From Eledone cirrhosa (lineage: Eukaryota): a DNA stretch of 64,000 nucleotides. Positions 38,885-51,450 of this stretch are shown here, one piece after another (within the stretch, counting starts at the first letter, position 1; each line of letters begins with the position of its first letter). The translations under genes were made by a program, and so were the position numbers. The notes below the pieces were generated by a model. That model saw only the letters and a program-made list of their open reading frames with translations. It did no database searches and had not been told where the DNA came from. The stretch is from assembly GCA_964016885.1 (NCBI GenBank), contig OZ024742.1:129270001-129334000 (forward strand), read 5' to 3'.

Positions 38885-40351
38885 TTTATGGCATTTGTTC
38901 CTGCTTATTACATTCTGAGTTCAAATCCTGCTGAAGTTAACTTTGTTTTATCAATCTCAGAAGGATGAAAGGCAAAGTACCATTCAAATAATAGGGTTGA
39001 TTTAATCAATTTTGCTCTTACCCCAAATTTGCTAGCCTTGTGCCTAAATCAGAAATTATTATATATAGCTAGGTTCAATACCCTGCATGGGAACTCAGAT
39101 CATTTCCAACACATGCCAGCATGGAAAGATTGACATGTCCCACACTATACTGCCAGACATCACTCCCTAACTTCACAGCCACCTCCACAACTCTATATTT
39201 GCTCTCCTTCTCCATCTCCCATTGTGGGATGATTCTCTCAGCAAGCAGCCTGTAGTACCCCCACCTCATCACTGCCTTCCAAATCCTGGCTGAGGACAAA
39301 ATGAGCAACCCAATGGAGTAGTGTTGGTGCCACAGTAAAAGGCACCCAGCCCACTATGTAAAGTGGTAGTGCCACAATAAAATGCTCCAAGCCCACTACG
39401 TGAAGTGGTAGTGTTGGTGCCACATGAAACTGCACCCAGTATATGCTGTAAAGTGGTTGGCACTAAGAAGGGCATCTAGCCATGGAAACCATCCCAAAAT
39501 GGAATGTATGTGATAATGCAGTAAACCCTTGTTACATAGAAAATAAATGTAAAAAAAGAGTTGATGATGAGGAGGGAGAGGCAGAGGCAAATGAGGAGGA
39601 GGAACATTCAGGATATTGTGACATTCTTTAATTATTTTTCCCCCTTCATATACATCCATTATTTTGTGCTTTAATAGATGAGGTGGTTTATGATGGAACA
39701 ACTATTTTAATACAACTGAATGTCTTTTATTTATAGCTAAACACAAGGTGGAGAGGAGTTTTATTTTGTTTGTCATTTTGTTCAATGAAGCAACAGGCTT
39801 AGATACATTTTTACAAGGACACAAAACAGTTGTAGTTAAAATAAAATCCAAAATTAAGACTAAGTAATCAATAGCTTGGATTCTATTCTTAAACATTTTG
39901 TGACCATATTTCTAATGGAAAAAAAGGTATAGGGTCCTTAACTACTGGTGAAGCTATAAGGGTGCTGTCTTGAAACATGGTGAGTTTTGGCCATTTTAAA
40001 CCTATCAGAGCCTCATCTATTTCCAAGTTAGAACACAGTCAATTTTAATTAATGAAGAATTTTTAGGAAGGGGGGGGGGGGGTCTTACTAAAATTATTAA
40101 TTATTTCATTACTAAGATAGTAACTTAACATGTGGTTCTTGTATAAAATGATGTTAGAAGATTTTAATTTAAATAAGAACTCTTTAAAATGAGTTTGCTT
40201 TCGCTGAGTTAGTATCAAAAGGATTAAACTCACAACCCAGAAAAAAATAAACCGAAGATCAAGTTCATTCTGATATGACTAGAACACAGGATGAAACTAA
40301 ATGCTACCAAGTATTTGATCCAATATACATCCATCTGACATCAATGTATTA

Positions 40352-40640
40352 CAAATGAAAGTTTATATGGAAACTTACCCAAGATAACAATTACAATTAC
40401 TCAAAGATGGTTACAATTTGTAGGACATTGCTGGAGAAGTAAGCAGGAAGTTATACACAAGCTACTATTGCAGGAACCAAGTCCCAGGAGATGCAATAGA
40501 GGAAGATCTGCTCGAACCTTCATTGATCAACTCTCAGGCAATACAAAGTTCAGTAGAGCGCAGTTGCCAAGAGCAATGGAAAATTGTGAACTGTGGAGGG
40601 ACTTTATCAGGAATGTTTGACTGTGGTCGTTGTGATGATG
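40352..40640 (+). mobile_element. RTE/RTE-X LINE 3' fragment
   Basis: LYGNLPKITITITQRWLQFVGHCWRSKQE..RGRSARTFIDQL. Paralog of 17620-17880. Confidence 0.8.
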
Positions 40641-41044
40641 ACCTACTAACCATCCTTAGAAACCAGAATATTAACAAGCGAACAATATAGCTCAAACTGC
40701 TAGAAATAACAGCCAATTCTCGCTCTACATTGAATAATGTAATTATGTCTGAAAAATGGCTGAAAAACAAAATAACCACCTCTAACCGGAACACAACCTA
40801 TTAGAAATAGAAGCCAAATCTCCCTCAAATGACACTTTACTGAGAAGACACCTTGGCTAATGTGCTTCTTGATATATTGTAGTTGTAAAGAAAGACAGCT
40901 GTACTGGTCACAGTTGTTCATTGGTAGGAGTATTCAATCACAGTATACTTGGTAGCTAATGAACAACTTGAGTAAAAATGTCATCATCATCATTTTTATG
41001 TCAACTTTGTCCATGCTTGTTTGGCTTGGGATGAGACATTATGA

Positions 41045-41425
41045 AGGGTTTTTTTACCGAATTGAAGAGAGCGAGTCTGGCTTTTACACCTACCTCACTT
41101 CTGAATGCTGAAGCTGGTACATTACTGCATCAGATCCTGCAATTCTTGCACCTAATTTAGCCTCCTGTCTTCCCTCACTCGTGAACACGGCCCCAAGATA
41201 CTTGAACTTCTCCACTTGCTTCAGTGGAATTCCATTCACATGTAGAGTGCACTGTGCAGGTTTCCTTGAAGACAAGTGTTTCAGTCATCACAGCACTAAT
41301 TTTCATTCCAGCTGTTTAGTACTTGGCATCAAACCTATCAAGTGCATGTCAGAAATCACCTAACGAGTTAAGTAATACCATCTTGTCGACAAATTCTAGC
41401 TGACTGATCCTACACCTGCCAGTAT
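41045..41425 (-). mobile_element. RTE-type reverse transcriptase fragment
   Basis: CTLHVNGIPLKQVEKFKYLGAVFTSEGRQEAKLGARI contains the FKYLG motif of non-LTR RT domain 7. Confidence 0.8.
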
Positions 41426-41561
41426 AAGTTAAATAAGCTAAAAATCACACACACACACACACGCACACACAAAAGAAAATCAACAAGTGTTGTGTAAACT
41501 AGTCAAGTAATGACATACACTTATGAACATAATAACTGCTAAGATCCTTGACATTAAGATA

Positions 41562-41968
41562 AAGTGATAGACCTTATGGTATCAGAATAGAGATGTTGGT
41601 GAGAAAGTGATAGATCTTATGGTATCAGAATAGAGATGGTGTTGAGAGAGTGATAGTAGATCTTATGGTATCAAAATAGAGATGGTGGTGAGTGTGATAG
41701 ACCTTATGGTATCAGAATAGAGATGGTGTTGAGAAAGTGATAGATCTTATGGTATCAGAATAGAGATAGTGGTGAGATAGAGATAGTGGTGAGAGAGTGA
41801 TAGATCTTATGGTATCAGAATAGAGATGGTGGTGAGAGAGTGATAGATCTTATGGTATCAGAATAGAAATGGTGATGAGAGAGTGATAGTAGATCTTATG
41901 GTATCAGAATAGAGATGGTGGTGAGAGAGTGATAGTAGATCTTATGGTATCAATAGAGATGGTAGTGA
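41562..41968. repeat. About 43-bp minisatellite, about 9 copies
   Basis: Unit GTGATAGATCTTATGGTATCAGAATAGAGATGGTGGTGAGAGA with small indels. Confidence 0.92.
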
Positions 41969-42389
41969 AATGACATCATTAGAGCATCACATAAAGCACC
42001 TTATGGCATTTATTCCAGTTTTTTTTTCTTTTCATTTGGAGTTCAAATCCTTCAAAGGTCAATAAAATAAAGTACCAGTCCAGGATGGTAGATTGGACAA
42101 AATGCCTTGGGATATTTTTCAAAATATTTGCATTAAAAATTCAGCTGTAATAGCACAAGTACCAAGCCATGTCAGCCCTTGCCTTTCTCTTGGAGAACAA
42201 TAATGGAAGGGATAAAAAAAAACATGCTGTTAGTTCTTCCTAAAAGATCATACCCTGATTTGTACCCAGGCGGCATATACTAGGTCAAACCTGATAGAAG
42301 TCTTAGATCGAAACAGAGAAGGTAATTTGTCCAGGCCAAAACAACGATACCCAGGTTGCTTCAACAATAAAGACACAAGTTTTCTTTAT

Positions 42390-42604
42390 CCCCTTTGATA
42401 CAAACCTGCCTAAAACCACCCTGGTTTTATGACACACAAATGATTGTTTTAAAACATTCCACCATAATTTTATTTAAGAAATTTTTGTTAAGTAATGTTT
42501 TAAACATCAGTTTATAAATGAAAAGTTTAGTTATCTTAAAAGTTTCAAAATTAATTGATACACATAGGCCATGTATTTCTTTGAAAGATACTGTAAATAA
42601 AAGG
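42390..42604. mobile_element. TTAA MITE family C
   Basis: CCCCTTTGATACAAACCTGCCTAAAACCACCCTGG ... AATAAAAGG|TTAA. Confidence 0.65.
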
Positions 42605-43532
42605 TTAAAACCACCCGAAATTCTTACACGTGCTTATAGCTTGTTCAAACCATGTCAAATATTAAGTTGCGTGAGTAAATGTACTTCCCAAACACTTCAT
42701 TATGACACTCCTTATTTTTAAGCTGAAGACTATCTTATCAAAACTTACTCCTATCAGAAATAATTGTATCTGCTTTCTTACTCTCTTAAAACATACATTG
42801 GATCTTTGAAATATTTTAGATTTAATTTTGGTTGCAATGTTTCACATTATTTTTTTCATACTTTTTAGTGAGAGTATTTTTTTTTTTACAGTTTGATGTC
42901 TTCCCTACCACCCAATCAAACATGAAGTAGGTGTAAAACCTGTTTTTGTGGTGCCTTGCTCAAAGGTACAACACAATGCCTGTCACCATAATTTTGCAAA
43001 TCTCGTGCATCATTTAATAAGAAAAAAATATCCCTAATAAGGCTTTGCATTTTCAAAAATTATTTCCTATGCTAGATATTTTGAAGTAATTATCCAACCA
43101 AAGAAAACAATACCTTTCTCTAATCAGACATATTTACCACTATGACTATACATACCCTTCTAAGAGTTTCTGGTGGCAAATTGGCAGAGCAGTTTCAACA
43201 ACAGATAAAATAATTTGCGCTATTCCTTCCAGCTATCTGCACTCTTTGTTCACATCCTGCCATGGTCAACTTTACCTTTCATCCTTTTAAGATGGATAAA
43301 AAAATATCAGTCCTGTACTGGGGTTAATTCTTCCTCTAATATCTCTATCACTCTCCCACCTTCTCTGGAAGAAATTGAATATATTCAGGCCTGAAGAGGG
43401 ATGGGCTCTGCCACATTTAAACTATATGTCACTATGACATCCCTACAACTCCAACAGGAGTTATGGGTTTATAAATACATACTGATAATTACCAAATAAA
43501 CATGGTTAATCCATAGAAACATGAGAAAGTAG

Positions 43533-43950
43533 TGTAGGTATAGTAGTATGGTTAAGGAGTTTGCTTTGCAGCCCTGTGGTTACAGATTTAGTCTCACTGT
43601 GTGGCACTTTGGGCAAGTGTCTTCTGCTAGAGCCTTGGGTCAACCAATGCCTTGTGAGTGAAATTTGGCAGCTAGAAACTGTAAAACTGTACTGAAAAAG
43701 ACTTATCTAATCCTTGTGAATATGGAAAACCAGATGTAAAAACGACGAAGATAACATATGTAACATATGCCTGTGTGTGTTAATCTACTATTTGTCTGTG
43801 TCCCATAACTTAGTGGTCCTACAAATAGAGATCAATAAAATAAGTACCAGATTTGATAAAATTTGTACTGGGTTCAATACAATCGACTAAATCCTTTGAA
43901 AGCAGTGCCCCCAGCATGGCTGCAGCCTAATGAGTGAATTCAGTAAAAAA
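43533..43950 (+). mobile_element. Old tRNA-derived SINE
   Basis: tRNA-like head, GGCACTTTGGGCAAGTGTCTTCT core and ATAAAATAAGTACCAG..CCCCAGCATGGCTGCAG tail. Related fragments at about 260-410, 3640-3790 and 12090-12230. Confidence 0.65.
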
Positions 43951-44578
43951 GTAAAAGAGCATTATAAGATCATGTTGACGTTGACAGATTTATGAAGGAG
44001 GGGAAAGAGAATGCAGAACATTTGCAGTTTTCTCAAGAACGGCTATGAAATCAAATAACTACACTATAAACAGGTTTTAAAACCAGGTTGTTACACCCTC
44101 AGCATATATCGAGATTGATTTCTGCTAATGGGATTTTATATCAACAGCTTTTGGAAATAATACACAATAAACAAAAAACAATATCGATCTCATCTAACAA
44201 AGCACAAGATGAATTTTTGTAGGGTTAAAAGTAAGTCACTTCAGACTTCTGCCTGCTACTGGTACCATGTAACCTAGTACAACCTGCTTCACAGCTGAGT
44301 GGCCAGCAACTAAACCAGCTCCCCCATCAGGCCCTGGTCTAGTGAGGAGGGTAAGTGGATTCCCAGCAGCACAAAAATCAAGAGTTGTTAAAAAGGGCAG
44401 AGGAACTCCTCAGAGTCAGCAAACATTCACCCCAACTATGGGTTGAATAGCCTCACCAAACAGCAATTGGCTAAGCATGTTGAGTAAGGCTACACCTCTG
44501 ACACGACCAAAACCAAACAGAAAGCGGTGGAGGTCAACCAGGGAGGGGTTCCTCCAAAAGGAGTGAGAAGGGTTTGGA

Positions 44579-45235
44579 GTGGACTGGATCGGAAAAGTAA
44601 GTCAATTGATTCAATTTCACAATATATTAGTAGACACTTTCCGTTACCTGGGTGACAAAATCAGCAGTCGTGGAGGGTGTTCTGAAAGTACAGTAGCCAG
44701 AGTCAGAACGAGATGGAAAAAGTTCAGAGAGCTTATACCGCTGTTGGCCACAAAAGGTTTCTCTCTAAAAATGAAAGGCAGATTGTATGATGCTTGTATA
44801 CGAACAGCAATGCTACATAGCAGTTTGACATGGGCATTGCATGCAGAGGACCTGCGTAGACTGGAAAGGAACGAAGCATGCATGCTCCGTTGGATGTGTA
44901 ATAGTAATATACGTGAACGGCAAAGCATAAATGAACTAAATGAGAAATTAGGAATAAGAGGGATCAGATGCTGTTTACTCGAGAGAAGACTACGTTGGTA
45001 TGGCCACGTGATGCGCATGAAAGACGACAGCTGTATAAAAAAGTGCAGGGCGATCAAAATTGATGGTAGTTACGGAGTAGGAAGACCCAGAAAAACCTGG
45101 GACGATCTGATAAATTCCGACCTTACATACTTGCACCTCTCTAAGACAATGTCACTGGACCGAGATCTTTGGCGCTACGCAGTAGTACAGAAGCCCCGCC
45201 TTGCCTATGTACAAAGCGAAACCTACAGTCAGTAG
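44579..45235 (+). CDS. C-terminal fragment of RTE LINE ORF (end of RT and thumb region); not a host gene
   Basis: DTFRYLGDKIS, WKKFRELIPLL, GRLYDACIRTAMLH, RRLRWYGHVMRM and GRPRKTW motifs. Frame is open for about 200 codons but lacks the endonuclease and RT core, and the listed start is GTG. Confidence 0.8.
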   Translation: MDWIGKVSQLIQFHNILVDTFRYLGDKISSRGGCSESTVARVRTRWKKFRELIPLLATKGFSLKMKGRLYDACIRTAMLHSSLTWALHAEDLRRLERNEACMLRWMCNSNIRERQSINELNEKLGIRGIRCCLLERRLRWYGHVMRMKDDSCIKKCRAIKIDGSYGVGRPRKTWDDLINSDLTYLHLSKTMSLDRDLWRYAVVQKPRLAYVQSETYSQ

Positions 45236-45627
45236 GCATCTCTTAACCAAATATACACCCCAATCCACTACCCCTACTCTATCCTCCCACTCCCACCAAC
45301 ACCAACCTCTCTCTATAAAGTTGGTACCACAACATCCAGTCCAAATAAATGAGATAAATGAGATCGAGATCGTGTAGGTGTCACGAGAAAAAAACACAGT
45401 CCACGCTGTAATGTGGCCGTGTAGGTAACACGGTAAAAAGTTCCCAGTTCCACACTGTAAATGTGGTTGGTGTTAGGAAGGGCATCCAGCCGTAGAAAAC
45501 CTGCCAGATAGTCCTATATGAGGGAGGCGCCGTCACCTGACCAACCTTGCCTCAAGTGGGACAACTCCTGTCTAACCCATGCTAGTGTGGAAAATGGACG
45601 TTAAACGATGATGATGATGATGATGAT
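44625..45627 (+). mobile_element. RTE-clade LINE, 3' about 1 kb with (GAT)n tail
   Basis: ORF C-terminus plus 3' UTR ending TGGACGTTAAAC(GAT)n. Confidence 0.93.
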
Positions 45628-45771
45628 TACTGGTGCCTACTTTATTAGCCATTTTGATATCAACCCACTCAAAACTGCCTTTCATTCAATAAAACAAAGC
45701 CACCTGTTTTAAATGGTTCCTATTTAAATTTAAATTTTCTAACATAATTTTATATAAGAACCATATATTAA

Positions 45772-45968
45772 CCCTTTAGCATTTAAACCAGCTGTATCCA
45801 GCCGGAAATCTCACACCTCTTTTTGTTCAAACTGGTCATTCACACCAAAATTGAAGTATTGTTCTCAAAATAAATAATAACATCATCAAAATCTCGTAGA
45901 TTCGAGATTATGTGAGGTAAAGCCTTTACTGTGAAAATACAATAGTAAATATAGAGTAATGTAAATAC
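45772..45968 (+). mobile_element. piggyBac-like MITE family B (right end damaged) inside a family C copy
   Basis: TTAA|CCCTTTAGCATTTAAACCAGC start, internal match to 32839-33052. Confidence 0.75.
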
Positions 45969-46920
45969 TCCTTTAGTATAGTGAAATAATTAATAATTTT
46001 ATTTTAAAATGGATTTAATTCATGTTTACCCTTACTACTAGAAAGATCTTTGTGAAAATTTACTGTATTAGTAAAGATGTTTATGTGATGCAGTCATAAT
46101 GCTGTTTTGAACTTTTCAAGAATATCTAGTTAATGTGGTTTCAAGTGGTACAGAACATAAAAGTTAGAAAGTGATGAAAGATCAAAGATGTCAACCTCAA
46201 TGGAAATTTGAACTTAAAACTAAATATTAAAATTAAACAAACATTATTAACATACAATACAAGAAACATTTTAAAGCCAGCTTTCCTGTTAAAGCAAAGG
46301 TTACCCTTGCAGGTCTCATGTCAAGCTTCTCCATTTTCCCTTGTCACCGATCCTATGGCATTCGCTTCCTCCTTTGTCAAGTTGCCTTTCTTGGTGTTCC
46401 CTTTTCTCTACTTCTTCCATCATTCATTTCATTTCCATTACTCCTCTAACCCAGTCACTTTCATCTTTCCTCAAAACAACCCAAACATCTCATTCCATTT
46501 CTTTTTCCCAACATTCATCACTGGTTCTATTGCCATCATTCCTCTCACCCAGTCCTTTTCATTCTTACTCAAAACAAGACCCAACCAACCATCTCATTCC
46601 ATTTCAATCCATGTGTTTGAGTTTCCAGTTTAGAATAAGTACACTGTACCTCTGTGTGTTGTAAGAGGTGATGAAAGGAGTTGGCACCAGGAAGAGCATC
46701 CAACCCTGAAACAATGCCTCAAAAAGGACCTAAGAAACATGTTATCTATCTATATCAAATAAAAAAAAATAAAGCACAAAAGAAAAAGTGATAACCACTA
46801 ATACATGCACTGAAGAAACCTGATCTTGAAAGCTGAGAAGAGTGAAAAATCATAGCTTCCACTTCATGTAAATATATCCATCTATCATACATGGCTGATT
46901 TCTTCAAAATAAATTACTAA

Positions 46921-47341
46921 CTCATAACATCCTGTAATGACTTCACAGAAAATATTTAAAAAGAGGTTTATTAATTTAAATGTTTATAGTATCATTACTG
47001 AGACAGATCACTGTGCAAATTTGTAATATTAGAATAAAAGCTTTGATTTTTAACCCTTTATCATTCACATTACTCTATATATACTATTATATTTTCATTG
47101 TAAAGGCTTTACCTCGCATAATTATCTCACATAATATCGAATCTATGAGATTTTGAAAGTATTTATTTTGAGAACAATACCTTAATGAGTGGCCAGTTAC
47201 AGCCAGTTTCAACAGAAAGAAGTAGAGAATTCTGGCCGGTTTGAACATTAAAGGGTTAATGTGATGTAGTCATAGAGCTAATTTGTACTTTTCCAGAATA
47301 TCTTGCTGATCCAATTCCATGGGGGTACAGGGTGTTAAGAG
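46921..47341 (-). mobile_element. TTAA MITE family A hosting a family B insertion
   Basis: CTAA|CTCATAACATCCTGTA ... TACAGGGTGTTAAGAG|TTAA. Confidence 0.85.
47054..47255 (-). mobile_element. piggyBac-like MITE family B
   Basis: TTAA|CCCTTTA ... TAAAGGG|TTAA. Removing it plus one TTAA restores the family A core. Confidence 0.88.
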
Positions 47342-47425
47342 TTAATGTCAAAACTAATCGACTGTTGCTTAATGCATATAAACTTTACTAGCAGTCAAAA
47401 TGGTCAAAAGATTATTTTCTGCTTA

Positions 47426-47630
47426 ACTCTTACCATCTTGTACCACACAAAACTGCATTAGCAAGACATTCTTGAAAAAGATAAAACAGCACTATGACTA
47501 TCACATTAAAAAATAGGAGAAATTCTTTGCTTTAATACTGCAAATTTTCACAATCTATCCACTAGTAAAAATACTATAGATGAATTAACAAACCAGTTTT
47601 TAAATATTTTCTATTAAATCATTACAGGAT
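47426..47630 (+). mobile_element. TTAA MITE family A
   Basis: TTAA|CTCTTACCATCTTGTACCACAC ... AAATCATTACAGGAT. Confidence 0.8.
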
Positions 47631-47744
47631 TCTTTTTTATTTTATCTTTTGATTTATTAGTGGATCTGGAAATGACAACAAAAAAGCCTTACAAAGTCCT
47701 CTAGAGAAGAAGGAAAACTGATTATTATTATTATTATTATTAAC

Positions 47745-48360
47745 AAGGACGGTGGACTGGCAGAATCAGTAGAGCGCCAGACACCCTGCTTTGCAGAATA
47801 GAGTTACGTCCCTTTATGATCTGAGTTCAAATCCCGCCATGGTTAACTTTGCCTTTCATCCTTACGGGGTCGATAAAATAAAGTACCAGCAATACACTGG
47901 GATAATTGCTGGCCTTGTGCCAAAAGTAGAAACAATTAAAAGGCAGTGGATTGGCAGCATCATTAGAGTATCGGACACCATGCTTTGTGGCATAGAGTTA
48001 TGTACCTTTTCGTTTTGAGCTCAAACCCCGCTAAGGTTAGATGTGCCTTTCATCATTATATAGTCAATTACATAAAGTACCAGTAACGCTGAGGTAGATT
48101 TAATTGGTTTTTTCCTCCCCCAAAATTGTTAGCCTTGTGCCTAAATCAGAAACCATTATTAGTTAGTGGCAGTGGATTGGCAGTATCGGTAGAGGGTTGG
48201 ATGCCATGCTTCGACGCATAGAGTTACGGCCCTTGCCATTCTGAGTTCAAATCCCGCTGAGGTTAACTTTGCCTTTCATCCTTATGGGGTCGATAAAATA
48301 AAGTACCAGTAATACGCTAGTTAATTGCTGGCCTTGTGCCAAAAGTAGAAACAATTATTA
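47745..48360 (+). mobile_element. Three head-to-tail tRNA-derived SINEs
   Basis: Units at about 47745-47938, 47941-48160 and 48167-48360. Each has TGGCAG.ATC..TAGAG (A-box-like), GAGTTCAAATCCC (B-box), the central motif and a GAAAC(A/C)ATTA end. Confidence 0.9.
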
Positions 48361-48488
48361 GTTAGGTCAGGAGGAAGGGACAGAGCCCATGGCCCATGCA
48401 GGCCCTTTGAGATTAGTAAGATTGATGCCATTCTGCTTAAACTTTAACAAGTTGACAATTGTATGAAAGAAGGGTGGATACAATATGG

Positions 48489-49633
48489 GTGAACTAATAG
48501 TGGTTAGTATATGACAGTGGGGGATGGAGAATACAACAGAGGTGAGACAAGTGAACTAATAGTGGTTAGTATATGACAGTGGGGGATGGAGAATACAACA
48601 GAGGTGAGACAAGTGAACTAATAGTGGTTAGTATATGGCAGTGGGGGATGGAGAATACAACAGAGGTGAGACAAGTGAACTAATAGTGGTTAGTATATGA
48701 CAGTGGGGGATGGAGAATACAACAGAGGTGAGACAAGTGAACTAATAGTGGTTAGTATATGACAGTGGGGGATGGAGAATACAACAGAGGTGAGACAAGT
48801 GAACTAATAGTGGTTAGTATATGACAGTGGGGGATGGAGAATACAACAGAGGTGAGACAAGTGAACTAATAGTGGTTAGTATATGACAGTGGGGGATGGA
48901 GAATACAACAGAGGTGAGACAAGTGAACTAATAGTGGTTAGTATATGACAGTGGGGGATGGAGAATACAACAGAGGTGAGACAAGTGAACTAATAGTGGT
49001 TAGTATATGACAGTGGGGGATGGAGAATACAACAGAGGTGAGACAAGTGAACTAATAGTGGTTAGTATATGACAGTGGGGGATGGAGAATACAACAGAGG
49101 TGAGACAAGTGAACTAATAGTGGTTAGTATATGGCAGTGGGGGATGGAGAATACAACAGAGGTGAGACAAGTGAACTAATAGTGGTTAGTATATGACAGT
49201 GGGGGATGGAGAATACAACAGAGGTGAGACAAGTGAACTAATAGTGGTTAGTATATGACAGTGGGGGATGGAGAATACAACAGAGGTGAGACAAGTGAAC
49301 TAATAGTGGTTAGTATATGACAGTGGGGGATGGAGAATACAACAGAGGTGAGACAAGTGAACTAATAGTGGTTAGTATATGACAGTGGGGGATGGAGAAT
49401 ACAACAGAGGTGAGACAAGTGAACTAATAGTGGTTAGTATATGACAGTGGGGGATGGAGAATACAACAGAGGTGAGACAAGTGAACTAATAGTGGTTAGT
49501 ATATGACAGTGGGGGATGGAGAATACAACAGAGGTGAGACAAGTGAACTAATAGTGGTTAGTATATGACAGTGGGGGATGGAGAATACAACAGAGGTGAG
49601 ACAAGTGAACTAATAGTGGTTAGTATATGACAG
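48489..49633. repeat. 62-bp minisatellite, 18 full copies plus a partial
   Basis: Unit GTGAACTAATAGTGGTTAGTATATGACAGTGGGGGATGGAGAATACAACAGAGGTGAGACAA. Units are identical except A>G in units 3 and 11. Confidence 0.97.
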
Positions 49634-50255
49634 AAACAGTATGGGTGATGAGAAGAGGTGAGGTGAATAAGCTTTAGTGATTAGTACATAACAGCAGGGT
49701 GGAGGGATACAACATAGGTGATGAGCTAATAGTGACTGAGTAATGATCAGCAGCTTGGAAGACAAAGGCTAGAAGTAGAAAAGGAGGGGGGGGGGGGTGA
49801 CCAGAAATTGGAGTGTTTGTCAGTGACATCATACCAAACAGTCAAGTGGTCTTTCTCTGGATGCAGTCTAAGATGTTTGTGTGCATGTGGCAGCAGCACT
49901 GTCTTTGTGTATGAGAGAGAGACAGAGGGAGAGAACAGTACTCTATCGTGGGTTTCACCTGAAGTTTGTGGCAGGTTAGTAATTAATATAGGTGGAAGTA
50001 TTTTTCTGGTTCTTAAAACAAAAGGTCAGTGTTTGTGATGCAGTATTTGCTAATGTTAAGCATGTGCATTATCAGGAGACATTCTCAGTAATGATGTGAT
50101 CTAACATCCAGTCACTACTAGAGCATCTAGTTGCATGCTACATGTGTTTAGCAGGGCTTATGAGCTGGATGTTGGAAGAAATATTTGAATGGGGGTAAGT
50201 TTCAGAGACATGCATTTCTAAGGTTGGGTTTTAAATCTACTTCCTCATATTCCTA

Positions 50256-50542
50256 GGCACATAGCCTAATAGTTGGGGTGTTGGACTTGGTATCAAATGT
50301 CATGGGTTCAATTCCTAGACTGGATTGTGCATTGTGTTCGTGAGCAAAACACTTCATTTCATGTTGCTCCTGTACACTCAGCTGAGAGCGAGTATCAGCA
50401 GTAACTGGGAGTTAACCCTGTGATAGACTGGCATCATATCCAAGGGGGAGTCTTGTACTCTCAGTCACTTAACGCCAAGGAAACTGGGGATAAACACTGG
50501 CCTGATGAGCCTTCTGCTTAAGGCAGACTTCAACTTTTACCA
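50256..50542 (+). mobile_element. tRNA-derived CORE-type SINE
   Basis: Paralog of 29288-29540. B-box GGTTCAATTCC; ends GGCCTGATGAGCC..CAGACTTCAACTTTTACC. Confidence 0.8.
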
Positions 50543-50807
50543 TTCCAAGCAAATAACATTAATTCTCCTCCAAGCCTTCCTTTAACTGCATCAGTTCTCA
50601 TGGGGTAGAAAAAATTGTTTTGTTTTTAATACTAGAATATAAAGAGATTTAAAGTGTTTTAATATTAAAATTAAAGAGATAATTTTTTACGGTTAAAACC
50701 ACAACTTTCACTTCAATAGTAGGTCAACAGGTACAAAATCAAGAATTTGGAACTCATTGTCACCTAGTTAAATAGGTTAACACCCAATCTTCACTCTAAT
50801 CTCAAAA

Positions 50808-51025
50808 ATAATTTTTCTACTTTTGGCACAAGGCCAGCAATTTAAAGGAAAGAGGAAAGTCAATTAAAACGACCACAGTACTTTACTAATACTTTATTTT
50901 ATCGACACCATAAGTATGAAAGACAAAGCTAATCTTGGCATGATTTGAACTCAGAACGTAAAAGGCCGTAATTACGTGCCACAAAACATATCCGGCGCTC
51001 AAATGATACAGACTATCAACTGCCC
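50808..51025 (-). mobile_element. tRNA-derived SINE
   Basis: Reverse complement of the main SINE consensus. Confidence 0.8.
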
Positions 51026-51450
51026 TCTAACCACAAAAATACTGATAGCAATTAGTTATTTCTTTTATTTGTAAAATGAAATAGCATTGATGTCAATCTT
51101 AGTTCTGTATTCAAATCCTGCCTGGGCCAAGGTTGCCATCCACCCTTCTAAATGTCAATACAATAAATACCAGTTAACTATTCAGGTTGATTTCAATCGA
51201 CTATACGCCTTCCTCTACGACATTGAAACTGCTAATATAATTCAAAAGTATTATTAATTGGAAAAGAAGAAATTACGAAAAAGTCCAACTTTAGCAAGAT
51301 TTGAACTAAAATTAGACAATATTTTCGTCACGTCCATCTCCACAGCCCTTAGAATTATTACAACTAAATTAATTATTTTTCTTTCGCGTGTCTACGCTAC
51401 CTTTTCCCAGGTACTGCATCAACAAGCCGTGATTCATCAACAAGACTCAC

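Noticed and set aside
44300-44370. HDV-like ribozyme near CCTCCTCAC
   Set aside because: I could not build the P1/P3 pairings by eye.
46208-46664. 141-aa and 107-aa plus ORFs
   Set aside because: Low-complexity pyrimidine-rich DNA, non-ATG starts and no motifs.
48489-49633. CRISPR-like array
   Set aside because: Units are contiguous and identical with no unique spacers, there are no cas genes, and the context is eukaryotic.
50495-50530. Hammerhead at CCTGATGAGCC
   Set aside because: No downstream GAAA; it is part of an ordinary SINE tail.
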